This document shows positions 49,751 through 63,922 of a stretch of 64,000 bases of DNA, piece after piece. A model generated the notes under the pieces. The model ran no database searches. It was given only the letters and a program-made list of their open reading frames with translations, and was not told the DNA's origin. Numbering within the stretch: position 1 is the first letter of the stretch; the number at the start of each line of letters is the position of its first letter. Source of the stretch: Paecilomyces variotii (taxonomy: Eukaryota); the NCBI GenBank assembly GCA_004022145.1, contig RCNU01000005.1. The stretch is one strand, 5' to 3'. A program made the translations under genes and the position numbers.

Positions 49751-50290
49751 AAGTCATAAAACCGCCCTGTCTTGTCATGACATGGGAGACATCGGAATCT
49801 GACAAGCCAGTCAACATACGAGTAGCTCTAACCAGTCTTGTAGTTAAAAATCCGATGAGAATTATATTAGTCATTGAGTATTTATAGTCACGGTTTATAT
49901 AATATGTACAACTTCAATCCGTATCCGCCACTTTGAAAAGTTTCAGCGGCCCTCCAACATCTCCAAAACAAACCATGCATCATCCAACAATATCTGTACA
50001 GTCGTGTAAATACACATTATCCAGGTTTACATCGATAAATAGGCACTGCGGGGGCAACAAAAGCGTGCAATCCAAGTGCACGGCCCGAATGGAAGTAAGT
50101 AGCCGGAAGTCAAACGGCTTTTCACACCCTCAAAAAGAACTCCAAACACCCAGCGTAAGTGGTATACCCGATGGCGAGAAAAGCGCTAAAGCACGAGGAG
50201 ACGCTGACCCTCAAGATAAGTCGGGTATCGAGAAACGAATGTAAAATCGGGCAGAGTGTTATGGTGTGATAAGCAACGAGTCATGAGGAA

Positions 50291-53200
50291 TTAGCCCCTC
50301 AGAGCCTGGAACTTCTCGCGCTCGGCCATGATTTCCGCCTGAAGTCGACGAGTCTCACGGAGAGCATTTTCCCTACAAGATAGCATGTCAGTCATCATTA
50401 CATTTAATCCAACTCGAGGCTTGTCAGAGGGCAACTTACCTGTCAAACTGCAATTCCGCGACCTCGATCTGCGCCTTGTTCATGCGGCCCACCACTTCCT
50501 CCATTTCCATATCGGCATCACGGAGAGCCTTTTCGAGCTCCTTCACCCGCGCCTCAAGTGCCTCAGTCTTGACGGCTTGGCTCAGGGCCATACCTTCACC
50601 GGCTGTGGTCCGATCCAGGCGCGGCGAGCGGCCGTCAAAGAATGGCGAGGAAGGAGGCTTCGGCGAGAGCAGAACTGGGGTACGGATCCCGTTCTTCGCA
50701 CGAAGGAGCTGAGCGTTGTGGTTATCCTTCAGCAATTTAATGTCTTCCTCATGCTTCGCGACTTCTTCCTCTGATTGCTGCTGAGCTTGAAGCACTGTGT
50801 CCTCCAGAGCCTTCAGTTTCTGCTGCATGTCGTTGATGCGAGCAGCAGAGAGCTTCTGCTCTCTTTCACCTCTGCTGATAGCCTCGGCAAGCCGGTTTCG
50901 CATTCTGTTGTTCGTTTCCAGTTGCTGTCGGACCTGGCTAGCTAGTGCTTCGGTTCTCTCGACAGAAGCCGCGAGCTGTTCTGCAAGCTTCTGCTCTTCC
51001 TCAAGCGAGGCTGGGGCGTTGGCTTCAGCGTACTCTCTGTCAGCCTGGAGTTGCTGGTAAGCGGCTTCCAATGAGGAAGATGTAGCCTGTACATCGGCAA
51101 GTTCTTCGCGAGAGCCGGCCAAATATTCCGGAACCGCAATATCATGCTCCTGCAGCAATACTCGGAGAGAATGCGTCTCCTGCTCGGCACGGTCAAGGTC
51201 CATCTTCAAGCCGCCCAGGCCCTTCTCACATTGCCACTTTTGTTCCAAAGCCTCGTCTGCTCGTTGTCTCAGGAGGTTGATTTCTTCTCGAAGAGTCCGG
51301 ACCTCTCTTTCATATCCTAATCTACGCGGGGTTCCACATTCTTGGGCACGCTCCAGCTCTATCTCCAGCATCCTGATGCGCTTTTCGCTCTCCCTGGTCT
51401 GGTAAGCTTGGCGCTCCAATAGACTCTTTAGGGCTTGATGGAGAGCATCTCGCTGAGCCTCCACATCCTTCACTCTGTCAGCCAAAGAGTCACGACTCTC
51501 CCTGTCCTTTCCAGACACGGAGTTCGACCTGGAAAGGGAACCGGTGGGCTTTGCTGGTCGTCTCGCCAGGGAACTGGACCTTGTCAGGCCAATCAGAGAG
51601 CCTCTTCGTGGAATGTCACCATCTTCCTCGGCTATGGAACTGAATCTACTTTGTGCCAATGTCGCATTTTCGGCTCTCAACGCTTCAAGCTCTTGTCGTA
51701 GACGAGAGACTTCCTCATCGGGTGCTGCACCTGCTGAATCCCGAAGACGCGCCTGCAGTTGGGGAATGGCCTCATCTTTGAGCTGGTCTCTTTCATTTCG
51801 ATGTTGTTCCAGTTCGACCCTCATTGCTGTGAGGAGATCCTCAAAGTTATCCTTCAACTGCCGTTCCTCGGCAAGTTTTCGACGAGTATCTTCCAGGGCT
51901 AGCTCAAGCTCTTTGGTTCTGGATGCAAGGTTCGATGCGTCGACTCTCTCGCGGCGGAACTGGTGACATATTAGACTAGTCTGTACAGTTAAGCCGGGGT
52001 GATATGACCTACCTGCTGTACTTGGCTTTCCAGCAGCTGAACGTGCGATTCGAAGGCCGCTCGACGGGATCTTTCTTCCTGCCATTTTTGTGATAGCTCC
52101 ACCTTCAGTTGAGCCCGTTCTTGCTCTGCTGCTCGTCTGATCCTCTCAATATCCTCAGGTCTGCCCCCGCTGTCAGGGCCGTATTTTACAGAGCCAGCAC
52201 CCGAATCAGAAAAGTAGTCACTTGTACGCCGGTTCGAATCCGTGCCAATCTCCGACTGCAACCTGTCGACCAGATCTTCCAGATCCATTTCGCGCCGGAT
52301 AGACCCTGCCAGTTCTGTGCTGATTTCTCGCAGTTCCGCCTCCAGCTGGTTCACTTTCAGGGTCAGGTCTGGGTCCCCTGACATCGCAGACCCAATGGAA
52401 CCCATCCTGGTGGGGGTTTGGAGTCCATTGGCCTTGGTCACGTCTATGGCCGTAGGAACAGCCTTGGTTCCATTCGGGTAAGAAGTGACCATTTGTGATG
52501 GTACTGGTGATCTGCCAGAGTCATCGGTACCTGCCGATTCGTCTCCCGGAGATGAAGCCGTCTTCCAACCGAAGAAAGATGTGATTTTGTTCCCGGGAGT
52601 TTTTGGTTGTTTTGCATCCGAGGAGCTGCCCGACATACTGCGCGCCCCAGAGTCTACACGAAGAGGAGGTGGCTTCTTCGTGAGAGGGTGCAATGCCATA
52701 GTAGTATCCGCCCGCTTATGATTCTGAGGTGGTGACTTCAGAACGGGTATGAAAGGTTCGCTCGAAAGACGTGAGTGAATCGGCGTTCCATTCGCTAACT
52801 GGTACCCTTCTTCGTCTTCAACCACGAGTGAGGTGTCTATAGGATACGGGATGAACTCTGACTTGCGAGGAAACCTGTGAGGTAGATAGATAGTTGATGT
52901 GTTAGCTTTCCAAATTACATTCCTGCCATTCATCCATGGTCAATGGAAACGAGGTCGCGTACCTATCAAGATCCCTGGGTAAATACGGCACCGAATCATC
53001 CAGTAGGATTCCCAGGTCGTCGAGAGCAGGGGGCGCTGCTCTGCTGGAAGCGCTCTGCTCCCTTGACAGGCGGTCTGGATATGGAGATGACGGCGTAGAA
53101 TCAATCGGTTCTTGGAGGACTACTGGTGACGCATTCCCGGGCAATGGCTTCCTGTGTACTGGAGGAGAGGTTGCCGGCGGAGGAGTGGTCTGGGCCCCGA

Positions 53201-53300
53201 GGGGTTCTGGTATGTGGAAATCGATCGATAAGTCCTCCTGACGGCGGAGAGAGGAGAGGCCATCAGGAGCCGCGCTTGGCGGAGAGATACCACCCTCCAT
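50291..53300 (-). CDS. Long coiled-coil protein, function unknown
   Basis: Four exons join in frame (introns 52962-52875, 52012-51960 and 50439-50373). Pro/Ser-rich N-terminus, ELAGSIRREMDLEDLVDRLQ, then an extended heptad-rich region. Confidence 0.85.
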
Positions 53301-55898
53301 TGTAGCCAGGGTATCTCAGGCAAGTATGGTAACAGCTAATGGTTCTCGATCGTCACCTTCATGATTGCCAGCAGGGGAAAGTCGCACGCGCCATGAACAA
53401 GCGATGTCGACGAAAAAAGGAGAAGGAGAAGATTGGCGACACGGGCCAGACACCATCCCGGCCAGGCCATTATGGTTCGTTGGAGTAAGCGTGGTGGGAC
53501 CGGGGCGGCATAGAAGAGGCATGGAGAACCAACCGGTCCGGCTGGGAGAGGCTTTGATCGACAACGTCTCTACCGCCGAAACAGCAGGATGGCCCGTCGA
53601 GAGCACCGATAACAGTCGTCGGTAGGTCCAAGCAACTGGAGGCATCGAGCCCTCTCCGCGCCAGATGCCCTGAAAACACTAGCTGCTAACTCTGCAAGGA
53701 CACCAACTTTCGGTGTAGTGGTGTATGGTTCTGAGTAAAACATGGCGATCTCGACTCTGGTCCAGGCACCATCTTCACGGCCACGGATTGGCCGGGTTCG
53801 AGATATATTGAATGTCTATTTTCAGCGCTGGGGGGGGAATTGCGAGTAAGTTCGAGTAAGTTCACTGTCGGGACCAGTTCGGTGGTCGCAGCGTCAGCTG
53901 CACGAGGTAGTCCTGAGTGGTTTGCGTTCAATGGTGCAGAATGGAGCTGGAGGTTATCGCCATGTCCATCCACGAGAGCAGCCAGGCGCAACGCTATCAG
54001 TTTAGCTTCAGGGGTAGAGCCAGACAGAGTGCAGAGACAGCAGAGTCCATTTCAGGAGCAGCAAGGTACGCCCGTTTGCCAGTCTATGGTTTGCCCTCCC
54101 TAGCGCCGCCTGCCAATTTGACTTGCCGCCCTCCGGTGTCTCTCGTCCAGAAATAACGAGTAGATGCGTAATCGCCCCGTGCTTGTGTTCGTTTAGCGTG
54201 GGCAAGGAGGTTCCAGCAGACCCTGGACTGAAGATTATGGCTCTGTGGCCAGTGTGAGGCCATTATTATTCTTCTTCTTGTTTTGGTGTCGACTGAATCC
54301 AGGGTCTGAAGGTTGATTGACATGCAGGTTGCACTAAAAACAGCTAGACAGTAGCCAAAGTATAACAGATATCGAAGGACACCCTGAGTACCTCCCAGGA
54401 CACGAGAGAGATCGATCAATCATAACAAATAATAACAATATCCGTGACGGCATCGAGCTTACTCGACAAAATGTTCCTAATTAGAACAGTAATGAGAACT
54501 ATGACCCCGTGCCGTCGTCCATCCGTCTAGGACTCTAGTTGCGTTCCCACGGACCACAAGTATCTGTGCACCTTTGATCTCAGATGCCAGCCGTTTCAGA
54601 TGGTCAAAGCAGAATCAGACTGAGTCCATCCGACTCAACTGCCGTTTGAGATCGTCGCGTTGGAAACATTGCCCCAGGTGCTAATTTCTCCGTGCAGAAA
54701 GGATTAGAGATCTCCAAGCAGGGCCCTTCATGTTGCCATGGGATGCCTGTCTTGGATCTGACGAGCCTAAGGCGCTGAAGAAAGCGCCCTCATGGATGAT
54801 CGACAAAACGGTGAGCGGAGATTAAGAGAACCATACCATACTCTAGCGGATTGACATGCTTAGGCTACGTGGTTCGTGCGCACCATTTACTTAGACCATG
54901 TGGAGAACCTGGAGATCTAACGCGGCAAGTTCATGTCTATGTCCTATCCGTCGCGAGCATGCTGAGAGGACTGAGCAGTGCTCAGCAGATGTTAAGGGGT
55001 TCAATAAATCAAGAAGCTACAGTGGAAATGAGAAAGTAGTGCTACTTGTGGTGCGAACCAATATCAGCTCAAAGTAACTCCTGCCATGGCTTGACTGTAA
55101 CTACTTACTTCTAAAGACAAACTGTCCACGCGCCATTCAATGACGCATCTCGCAAGGATTCCTCTTAGACAGCTCTCCCTATGCCATATATGGTAAACCT
55201 GGACAGCTTCGTTCTGGCCTTTACTTAACAGGTGTCGTCTAGGTGTCGGACCCTATGGCGGACCAGCTGACCTATCTGAGAAACTTCATACTCGAGTCGA
55301 TGATTATCACAATTGACTCGACAAGTGTACTTGTGGCCATCTCCTAGTGCCTATTCCTGTATTTAGAGCATTGAACTGTCTCTATAATACATTTTTGTCG
55401 TGGTGTTTCTCAATGCGATTACTTCTATAACAGTAGTGTTCAGGCGTCAATATTTGTAGTCTTGGATTCATACGTATTCCAATATACAAAGGGTAGATTT
55501 GAATATCATTTCCACCTCTATGTGTGTGTGTTGCTGGCATCTTCATCGCAGGCGGTACATCCGACGGTCCCTTATCAGTCAACACCCACAATCCAGCCTG
55601 AGGATCTTAAAAGGCATACGAACAGATACGCAGAAGCTGCTTATAGTAATATGTGGAATAAAAGGGGGGAAATGAATATTCTCCAGCTTCATTTTTAGAA
55701 TTTTCTACGCGTTTGGTGAGCTTGCACGAAAAGAGGCTTGGGAGGGGATTAGTTAGGTAGATAAGATTCATGATAAAGAAATAACTGTAAAGTTTCCCCG
55801 CGCACCCTTCGTATCAGCAACTCATATCCCGAATAACTCATTCAATAATCAAAAAACGAACACATATTATTGCGACGATCTACAGCTGTAATACCACC

Positions 55899-57628
55899 AT
55901 GTGGTCCATTTGGGCAGTGGCTATTGTCGTCATCGTGGCTCTCCTACTCAGATGGCTTCGATCCCCGCTCGCAGCACTTCCCGGTCCGCTCATCACCAAC
56001 TTCACATCGATATGGATCAAGTATCATGAATTCTCCGCCAATCGACGGCTTTATATCCACGAACTACATAAGAAATATGGACCTGTTGTCCGATTGAGTC
56101 CTAATGAGGTATCCTTCACCAGTCTTGAGGCTGTTAAAGAGATCTATGCCTCCGGAGGGAGCGGATATGACAGGACAGAACTATACAATCTGTTTGCACA
56201 ATTCGGTGAAAAGTGAGTGTTTATTTTCCATTTTAAACAGCGACTAGAAGTCAGATAACCAATGAATGATAAGGACCATGTTCTCAACTTTGGGGAAGAA
56301 GGATGTTAGTATCTCTCTCTTAAGACCATGAGTATTTCCTTGTTGTAACGAGCAGAACAGCACAGCCAGCGGAAGCGATGTTTTGCAGATCGATATTCCC
56401 TCACCAATATCATGCGCAAGGACTCAATAGCGAGTATCCAGAAGAATGCTATTGAATTCGTCAGAAAATGCATGGAGACGAGTGGGACTAGCGTCGACGT
56501 CTATGTATGCAGCAATTCTGACGCACATACTATGCAGCTGCTGATAGGCTTATTGATAGGTACTCCTACACTGCTATGCATTGGATTGTGTGACGCATTT
56601 CATGTTCAGTCCTGGAGGAACTCACTCATTGACCAGTGTTAAAGACTTCGAGCTCATGGAAGAGCTTACTTATCACAATAGTCTACAGAGTATGTCACAA
56701 ATCTATCTCCTCTACATGAAAGAATGACTAACACTCCGACGGAAAATCTACTTGCCCACTATCTTCCAGGGTTGGAACCGTATTTCCCTAAATTCCTCTT
56801 GCCAAGGCTATCGCCCAAGTCAGATCAGTATGTCCTAGACAAAGTCGAAGAAGGTCTCCGTGCCGACGAGTATACTTTAGTCAGGCGGCTACTTAGCAAA
56901 GATAATGGGCTCCATAACATTCAAGTTGCGGCGGAATGTAAAGATCATATGGCTGCAGGTATCGACACCACTGGGGACGGACTATGTTTCCTGATGTGGG
57001 AACTCTCCCAGCCGCATAACAGTCACATTCAAGAACGTCTACATCTCGAAGTGAGCGGGGCATTAGCAGATACCACTTTAGAAGATCTGCCATATCTGGA
57101 TGCAGTCGTCAAGGAAGCTTTGCGACTAGCGCCGCCGATTCCAATGTCTTTCCCTCGATATGTACCCAAGGGCGGAAGCATGATAGATGGTTATCATATC
57201 CCCGGAGGGACCATCGTCAGCTGCCAGCCTTATTCTGTTCACAGACTGAACGAGCAAGTCTTTCCACGCCCTGATATCTTCTTTCCAGAACGGTGGCTGG
57301 ATCCCGATGGAGCCAGCGACAGGAATAGGCTTTTCTTTGCATTTTCCACTGGAGCTCGAGGATGTACCGGGAAGAAGTAGGTTACTTACTCCCCTCGGCT
57401 TTATGGCTCGGGTAATCATACTGACAGGTAATAAATAGCCTTGCTCTCGTCGAGATGAAAATCCTCCTCCGAGAAGTATATTCTCGCTTCAAGACTGAAG
57501 TCGCACCAGACATGCATGGGAGTATGGATATAGATGACCAGATCATATCCGCGAGGCCCAAAGACCAGACCTGCAAATTGATATTCACTCCTTACGAACG
57601 AAAAGTATCTAGTACACTTCTATTCTGA
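55899..57628 (+). CDS. Cytochrome P450 monooxygenase (intron 4 acceptor anomalous)
   Basis: N-terminal anchor, LPGP, KYGPVVRLSPNEV, AGIDTT, KEALR, PERW and heme motif FSTGARGCTGKN. Introns 56213-56273, 56305-56360, 56505-56559, 56690-(56742 or 56769) and 57377-57438. Confidence 0.92.
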
Positions 57629-58452
57629 TCAAGTAGTATATCGTCCTCTGGCACCTATGTGGGCGGACAAAGAAGCGTGATGGCGATCTGTGGTATCATC
57701 CATCTGCGGCAGATCCTTCAGATTTGTATGTAGGGCATGAATAGCAATCTAGCTACTAGTCAAGAGGTTCAAATAATACCATTGCTTCCATACCATTTAC
57801 GATTCGACAAACCCTAAAATATAGATTCCGACAATAGTCAGCACGTAGCTTTAAATATATATATACATGCATATGCGCCTCTGCTTTGCATACCCTTTGA
57901 AACAGATACCCTTGAAACAACGAAATATCCAGAAGCACAAAATCCAGCAGCATGTAATACTAGGCAACATTCCAACGACTAACAATGATCATTATTATTT
58001 AGGTATGTATTTTGTACTCCGTCACGAAATGCGGGGCTGGGACGCGCTTACCTAGTCCGATAAGGTTTACATAATGAGATCCCCCGACTAGTTACGACGA
58101 CAGATAGAAAAATCACCTACTATACCAACGAGTCGAAAACGATTTTAAGAGTCCAGGATTAATCTTCTAAGATATATTTTCGACTTAAATACTACCGTCC
58201 CATTGACAGAATCCAATCGCACCGTGACGTATAGGTACATGATCTACAATCCTCATCATCCGTCCATCCGCTCTACTAAAGTATCCAGATAGTCTCGTCA
58301 TTAGAACACGTATACTGAACGATGAGCAGGAAGACTTGAGAAAGCAAATACATAAATAGTGCATGAATATATTCCGACATCACATCCCCAGACCGAAAAG
58401 TCTGTCTGCTCCTATGCTCTAGGATTTATCAACAAAAATATACATAGAAGAC

Positions 58453-59486
58453 ATGGATCCAATAGAATTCCCTACAGCCCGTCTCTCGACGCGAGTCTCT
58501 CTGCGCTGGGTTCCCGAGCCTGCGTTCGAGAATACTGATACCATTGTACTGTCAGTGGGGAAATGGTATGTCGATCTGCGGATGGATAAACGTACGGGGA
58601 AAATCGATTGGGCGATTGCGGGAGAGAGGATAGTGGAGAGTGATGAACCGGGTGAGTTTTTATTGTTTATCTAGTTCTGAGATTCTTTTGAGGTGGGAGG
58701 TTGAGAGCTATATGTCATCTCTACATCTGGAAGTGGTCTCTACATCTGGAAGTGGGGAGCGGGACAAGATCTTACATGCTGAATCGCCTCACTTACTTTT
58801 ATAAGCACATATCTAAGATGCACTATACTGATTCGATGGTTATAGCCAAAGTCCTATTCACACACGAACTCGACTAACACGGCGAATTCTCGTCTTCTGA
58901 CCTGGGGACGTTCTCCAAGTTACCTAACGGTGACGATCTGGAGACGGGCAGCATGCCTCGTCCAGACGTACCAGGTGCGCCTGTCACTGAGTATGAGGAA
59001 GTATGGCGCGAACTGCAGTCCCGCGAAACCCCTGAAGACGGGTCTGATACCGACAAACCTCAAGCTTGGATCCTGGAGTCTGTTGATGAAGAGGACGATG
59101 GTGATGAAGTTGAAGAGAAGCGTCTCGTCAAGGATTTCCTTGGACGGATTGCAAATACGTATGTTGCTTTGCGGCAGGAACAGATACATAGGTGGGGAAT
59201 AGGCCAGGATGGGAAGAGAAAAGTGACGAAGAGCGGAGGTCCGGTGATGGCGAGGAGAGAGGAATGGACTAAAGGTGAAGATGGCGGTTCTGGGAAGTGG
59301 AGGGTAATGTATGTGGTTGGAGATGAGGGAGATCAGCTGCCAGCGCTGAGTATGCAGGCGGATGGCAAGTTTCAAGGAGAAGGCGGTGATGATTGGAAAA
59401 AGGAAGGTTGTATTGTGGACGTGAACGGGCAGAAATATAAAGTACGGGCTTTTGAGTATGGTCGGAGGGTTTCAGAGACTTCTTGA
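58453..59486 (+). pseudogene. HRI1: HRI1-family gene with a premature stop codon
   Basis: STRVSLRW, TDTIVL, WYVDLR and IDWAIAG, then intron 58652-58845, then KVLFTHELD*HGE...DLGTFSKLPNGDDLETGSMP...YEEVWR. In-frame TAA at 58875-58877. Confidence 0.75.
58718..58755. repeat. Perfect 19-bp tandem duplication in the HRI1 intron
   Basis: TCTCTACATCTGGAAGTGG occurs twice in tandem. Confidence 0.95.
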
Positions 59487-59785
59487 CGTACTACTGAGGT
59501 CCTTGCTACGGTATAGGATGGTATTAGCATAAATATATATTGCTGCATATGGAGACATATATGTATATATAAGCGAGAGAAAAGGGCAAAAGCACCCAGA
59601 GACGTGACAGAAACCAAGACATTCAACTCTTCCATAGGTCATAAACTCCTTATGTCGGCGCCATTGAATTCACCAGAGGGAATTCTACTCCAACGTACTC
59701 CACATGTAAACCGTCACAGTACGCAAAGAATTGGTATCATGTTTGAAAATTTTAGTGACACATTGAATCGTGGTCATAGCCCCTT

Positions 59786-61439
59786 TCAGTAAGGAATGAA
59801 GTCGAAACTCATGCGGTCTGGAGAGGTGTCAGCCGCAAATTGAAAACCAAGCGACGGCATCTGGAGGCAAGAGTGTTTGTTCATGCTTACCTAGGAAGTG
59901 GCTCCAATCTTCATCTTCGCTGGTCTGATCATTCGCCCAATACAATTCCAAGAACCTCAGAGACTGGAGGACATTCGGTATCCTGACCGTATCATGCAAA
60001 GAGGTGAGTAATTTCTTGAATTCCTCTCTGTCTTTTCCAAGCGCTTCGCAGCCTGCTGTGAACATAGGGGTAGTGAGCATGACCCAGGGACTCAGTCCGG
60101 TGGCAGGAGTGATCTGAGACGTGCACTCCAGGATTCTCTTGACCGATTGCTGGACTTCCGGCGCCCATGCAGGCGCCTTTCGTATGCGACGGTGGATGTG
60201 GATCAGGGCCGTATGCTGGAAGGCTTCGTTGCAGAGCATAAATTGCTGGATGGTGTCCGCTGACAGACCCTCCACCACACCGGGGTAGAATGTGGGCTTG
60301 GAATCCGCGTCTCTATCAATCAAGCGCCGGACAGAAGTTTCTAGAGAGGAGGCCTCTTCTTGGAAGTCTTCCTCATCAAATTTGATCAACTTTCCATCAG
60401 CAGCCGTGCTCTGATGCCTTCTCCATGCTACGGCGCCAATTTGACGGAAGATATCTGCAAGGTGCACGGTGAATCCCCAGTAATCGTCGAGGTAATCGGG
60501 CCCCTCAGACTTGCTTGGAATGGCCAACGCCTTCGCATCCGCGTCTCCAATTGGAGGACCATTGCCGTTCAACGCTGTCAGGGATACTATGGACCTGTAC
60601 CAGCGATTCAGGTACCTGCGAAAAGATTCATTGGCCTTCTGCGGGGAATCCGGACTACTGTCTGAAGCGCTCATCAACGCCTTGGCGCCTTCAATATGTG
60701 CTCTCCACGTATTCGGATGTATGGCCCCCGAGTGTATCTCGGCTAGACACAAGGTGCGTGCCGTTGCCAAAAGTGCGTCTGAACCCTTTAAGCTGGGGTC
60801 CTGAAGCTCAATCCGAAAATGCTCTAAACTGCGTGCCATCAATCTAGCAATATCGGGTGCTGTTTTGACTCTGTCGGATTGATTGCTCAAAGCTTGCAGG
60901 TGTATCGCTGATAAAGCCGTAGTCGCGTATAGTAGGGAAGGAGTCTGTAAGGCCATCGGAACGATCATCCTGCAGATATCCCTCTGCATGCCCGGATGAC
61001 AAGAGGTGACACGGGAAGCATCGCGGATGAAATGCTGAAGCAACGCCCTTTGCTCCGACGGTAGTGATGAGAAAGGGTCAATTTCCCTCGCCAAGGTCAC
61101 TTTGGAGGATGTGGGAGATGGGGATTTCGTAGTCGTGTACACGAATTCACCGGGAGAGTATTCTGGATGTAAGTTAATGATAACTCGACGTCAGTAATCA
61201 TTATTCTAGAACTCTTATATTTTCCCCTCCGGTTTAAACTCACCAAGTCTCTGCATTCCGCCATTGCCCACACACGCGCCGAATCTTGATCGTGAAAACG
61301 CACGGCCTCCCCACTGCAGTTGCATGGCATACTTGCACTGGATTCCTGCGGCCTTGCACCGTCCACACTCCGGTCGCTGTTCGTCGCATTTCTGCCGCCG
61401 GGCTTTACATCTCTTGCACCCCGTGAAAGATCGCGACAT
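59786..61439 (-). CDS. Zn(II)2Cys6 transcription factor with a fungal-specific TF domain
   Basis: SRSFTGCKRCKARRQKCDEQRPECGRCKAAGIQCKY. Introns 61243-61163 and 59890-59818. WRAHIEGA and PMFTAGCEA; ends FDFIPY. Confidence 0.92.
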
Positions 61440-62371
61440 GGGAACGCAGTTTGTCCGTCGGGGGAGGGGAAGTTAGGTTCCTCTCCGCTCCGCACTGCCG
61501 TCGTTAGGCACTGCTTTCTTCTGGTTGGAGTTAAGAAGTCGAAGGGAACTCCAGCGTCCTCAGGTTCAAGATAGATGACAAGAGAAGAAGCTCAGCTCAA
61601 CCTGGAGCAAACAGCGGATTGTCCAGCCGCGAGGACTCGGTGTTTCTGAGGCAGAGGCCCATCGGGGAAGGGGGGTTAGTTAAGCATCGAAAAAGATAAG
61701 CGTTCAGTGGCACTGCGGATGGTTCGTGCTTGAGCTGCTAAACCTTCGCATCCTCAACCCCCCACCTTGCCTAAGATGATTATCCACTGTTCACCCGGAT
61801 TTGCAGGAAACTAACGGACGGATTGTGATCAGAGCATTACGCGGTAGTAGTAGTACTATACTACTAACTAACTCTCCACAGAGCACTTTACCCCTTATGA
61901 CTTCATCTGAAGAAAATCGGATATGATTATTCTGGGCTATCTATCTATCCTCCTACTGAGCTACTCCGACTCGTAAGGCAGTGGACTTGTCGCCCAATGC
62001 GAGCACGCCCTCCGTTTCGGGGTTCAGGGTGGCTTTAACTAATTAATTAACTGCTCGTGGCGGAGCCGATGATCCCTTGAGCACGTTCACCTCCCGAACC
62101 GTGGCGAACGAAATAATCGCTCCGGAGAGAGTAAGGGTATTGGTCTATCATTGGCGGGGCATGGACATCGTCGAAGCGTATTGACATTCACCTGAAACAC
62201 TTCTGCATATAATTGAACATAGCTGTATTCGCTGGATATATGGTTACATGCCAGGTTTCGACTTCTAACATAATTACAGCTTCTAGCGACAAAGAAACGA
62301 CTGCTGACTGATGACCAGCGTATGCACATGCGAAAAAAAAACAACTTAAAATCAGGAACCCTCGCGGATGT

Positions 62372-63922
62372 TCAGTTATCAAAGGTATATCGCAGCCACT
62401 CCCCGACCGCTTTCAGACTCTCCCATCTCACCGATTCGTCTGAATCCGCCATCAGTTCCATGACCCTCGTCTTTAACCCCAGTTTCTCCAGTTGCGCGCG
62501 CCTTTCTGGGACCTCCTTCACGAGGTTACCCACATCGTTACATCCGATAGCCAGGACCTGCTTGTCATTGTCCCAGCTCTTAGACAGAATCTCCGCCAGT
62601 TTCTTAGGCAGAGCACCCCGATCGGCGTCGAGAATGCGACGTGCGTTCTCTCTCCAGAAGGTGGGGTTGCGGTGAGGCGGCGACCAACGCAGGTGACCGG
62701 ACTGCACTTCGGCTGCGTACTGGTCAAACGTCGTCTGGGTCTTCGTGTACTCGTCCAACATCTCGGACAGTGACTGTAGGTCCTCAAGCAGGTCCGGGTC
62801 CGTCAAATGGCGACCGCCCAGGTTGGAGAGTAGTGCCGGGAGGCGGACAAACACAGCCACAGGCAGCAGTGTCGTCCGGTTCGTAGAAAGCAAGTTGTTC
62901 AGCGTAGCCAGGAGTAGACGAGTGGTCTTCTCCTTTGGAGAGAGTCGTAGCAATTGGGTGTACAATGCAATGAATTCATGGTCCCTAGAGAGCGTTAGAA
63001 TGGCTCGTCGTCGATTGCGTACGGGGTCCTCACGATTCCAGATCGTCGCCCACCAGTTCACCTGCAAAGCTTAATTGCCAAAGAACAAGAAGGACGTGGT
63101 AGAGAAGCTGCAGTCCCACGCCTCCTCCAATGCCGGGTTCAAGACTCCGGATGCTTCCCGTCGCCCCCAGAGTTGTGGAACCTGTTTCTTTCGCACCAGC
63201 GGCTGCACGGAGTATCTCAATCAAAGGGTCTACCGTCTCCTTCCTCTGACTCCAAAAGATCTCTCTGGACCGCTGTGTCTGGAGCAATGCGGAGAAACCT
63301 TGGACGCCGATATCTTGCAGTCCGCTATCCTGGTTCTTAGTGAGCGTGGATAGGTAAGCGTAGAGCTGCGTAAGAGCCTCCTCGTCTCGTCCAGCAGACT
63401 TTGTCGAGGATTTTAAACTGGTGGAAACAAGCGCTGTCAAGAAGGTCGAGGTGAGGAGAGGTATCGGGTCTTCCGTGCTCGTGGAGTGACGGAGAAGGGG
63501 GAGGAACGGCTTGTATGGATCGGGATGCGCAACGATTGCAGGTGCAAGTGACGGTGCATCTACAGCGGATGTGATTAGCGTCGAATATAGCAGATAGATC
63601 GAGACCTCGTCGTTACTGGCACTATACCATTGATCAGATCCGTAGCCAGAACTAGGATGTACTGGACGATATCTGTCCGGCGAGACGCCGTCTCCAAGAC
63701 ACTCTTGCCATCTGGACCTCCGGCCAGCAGAGTCGTATAGCCTTTCAGATCACCCTCCACGGTCTGTTTCCGCTGCTCCTTGCGCACCTTATCCACCGCC
63801 TTGATCTTCTTTAGGTGGTCATCGGTGATGTTTCCAGCTCGGACGGCACCTTCCCAGGGGATTGGCCGCGCGCGGATGTTGTTCTCCAGGGAGCTGAGAT
63901 AGGTCGGTGGCTCCAACGACAT
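62372..63922 (-). CDS. VMA13: V-type proton ATPase subunit H
   Basis: IRARPIPWEG, GLQLLYHVLLVLWQLSF, SPKEKTTR, HLRWSPPHRNPTFWRENA, IGCNDVG and VRWESLKAV. Introns 63627-63560 and 63033-62985. Confidence 0.96.
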
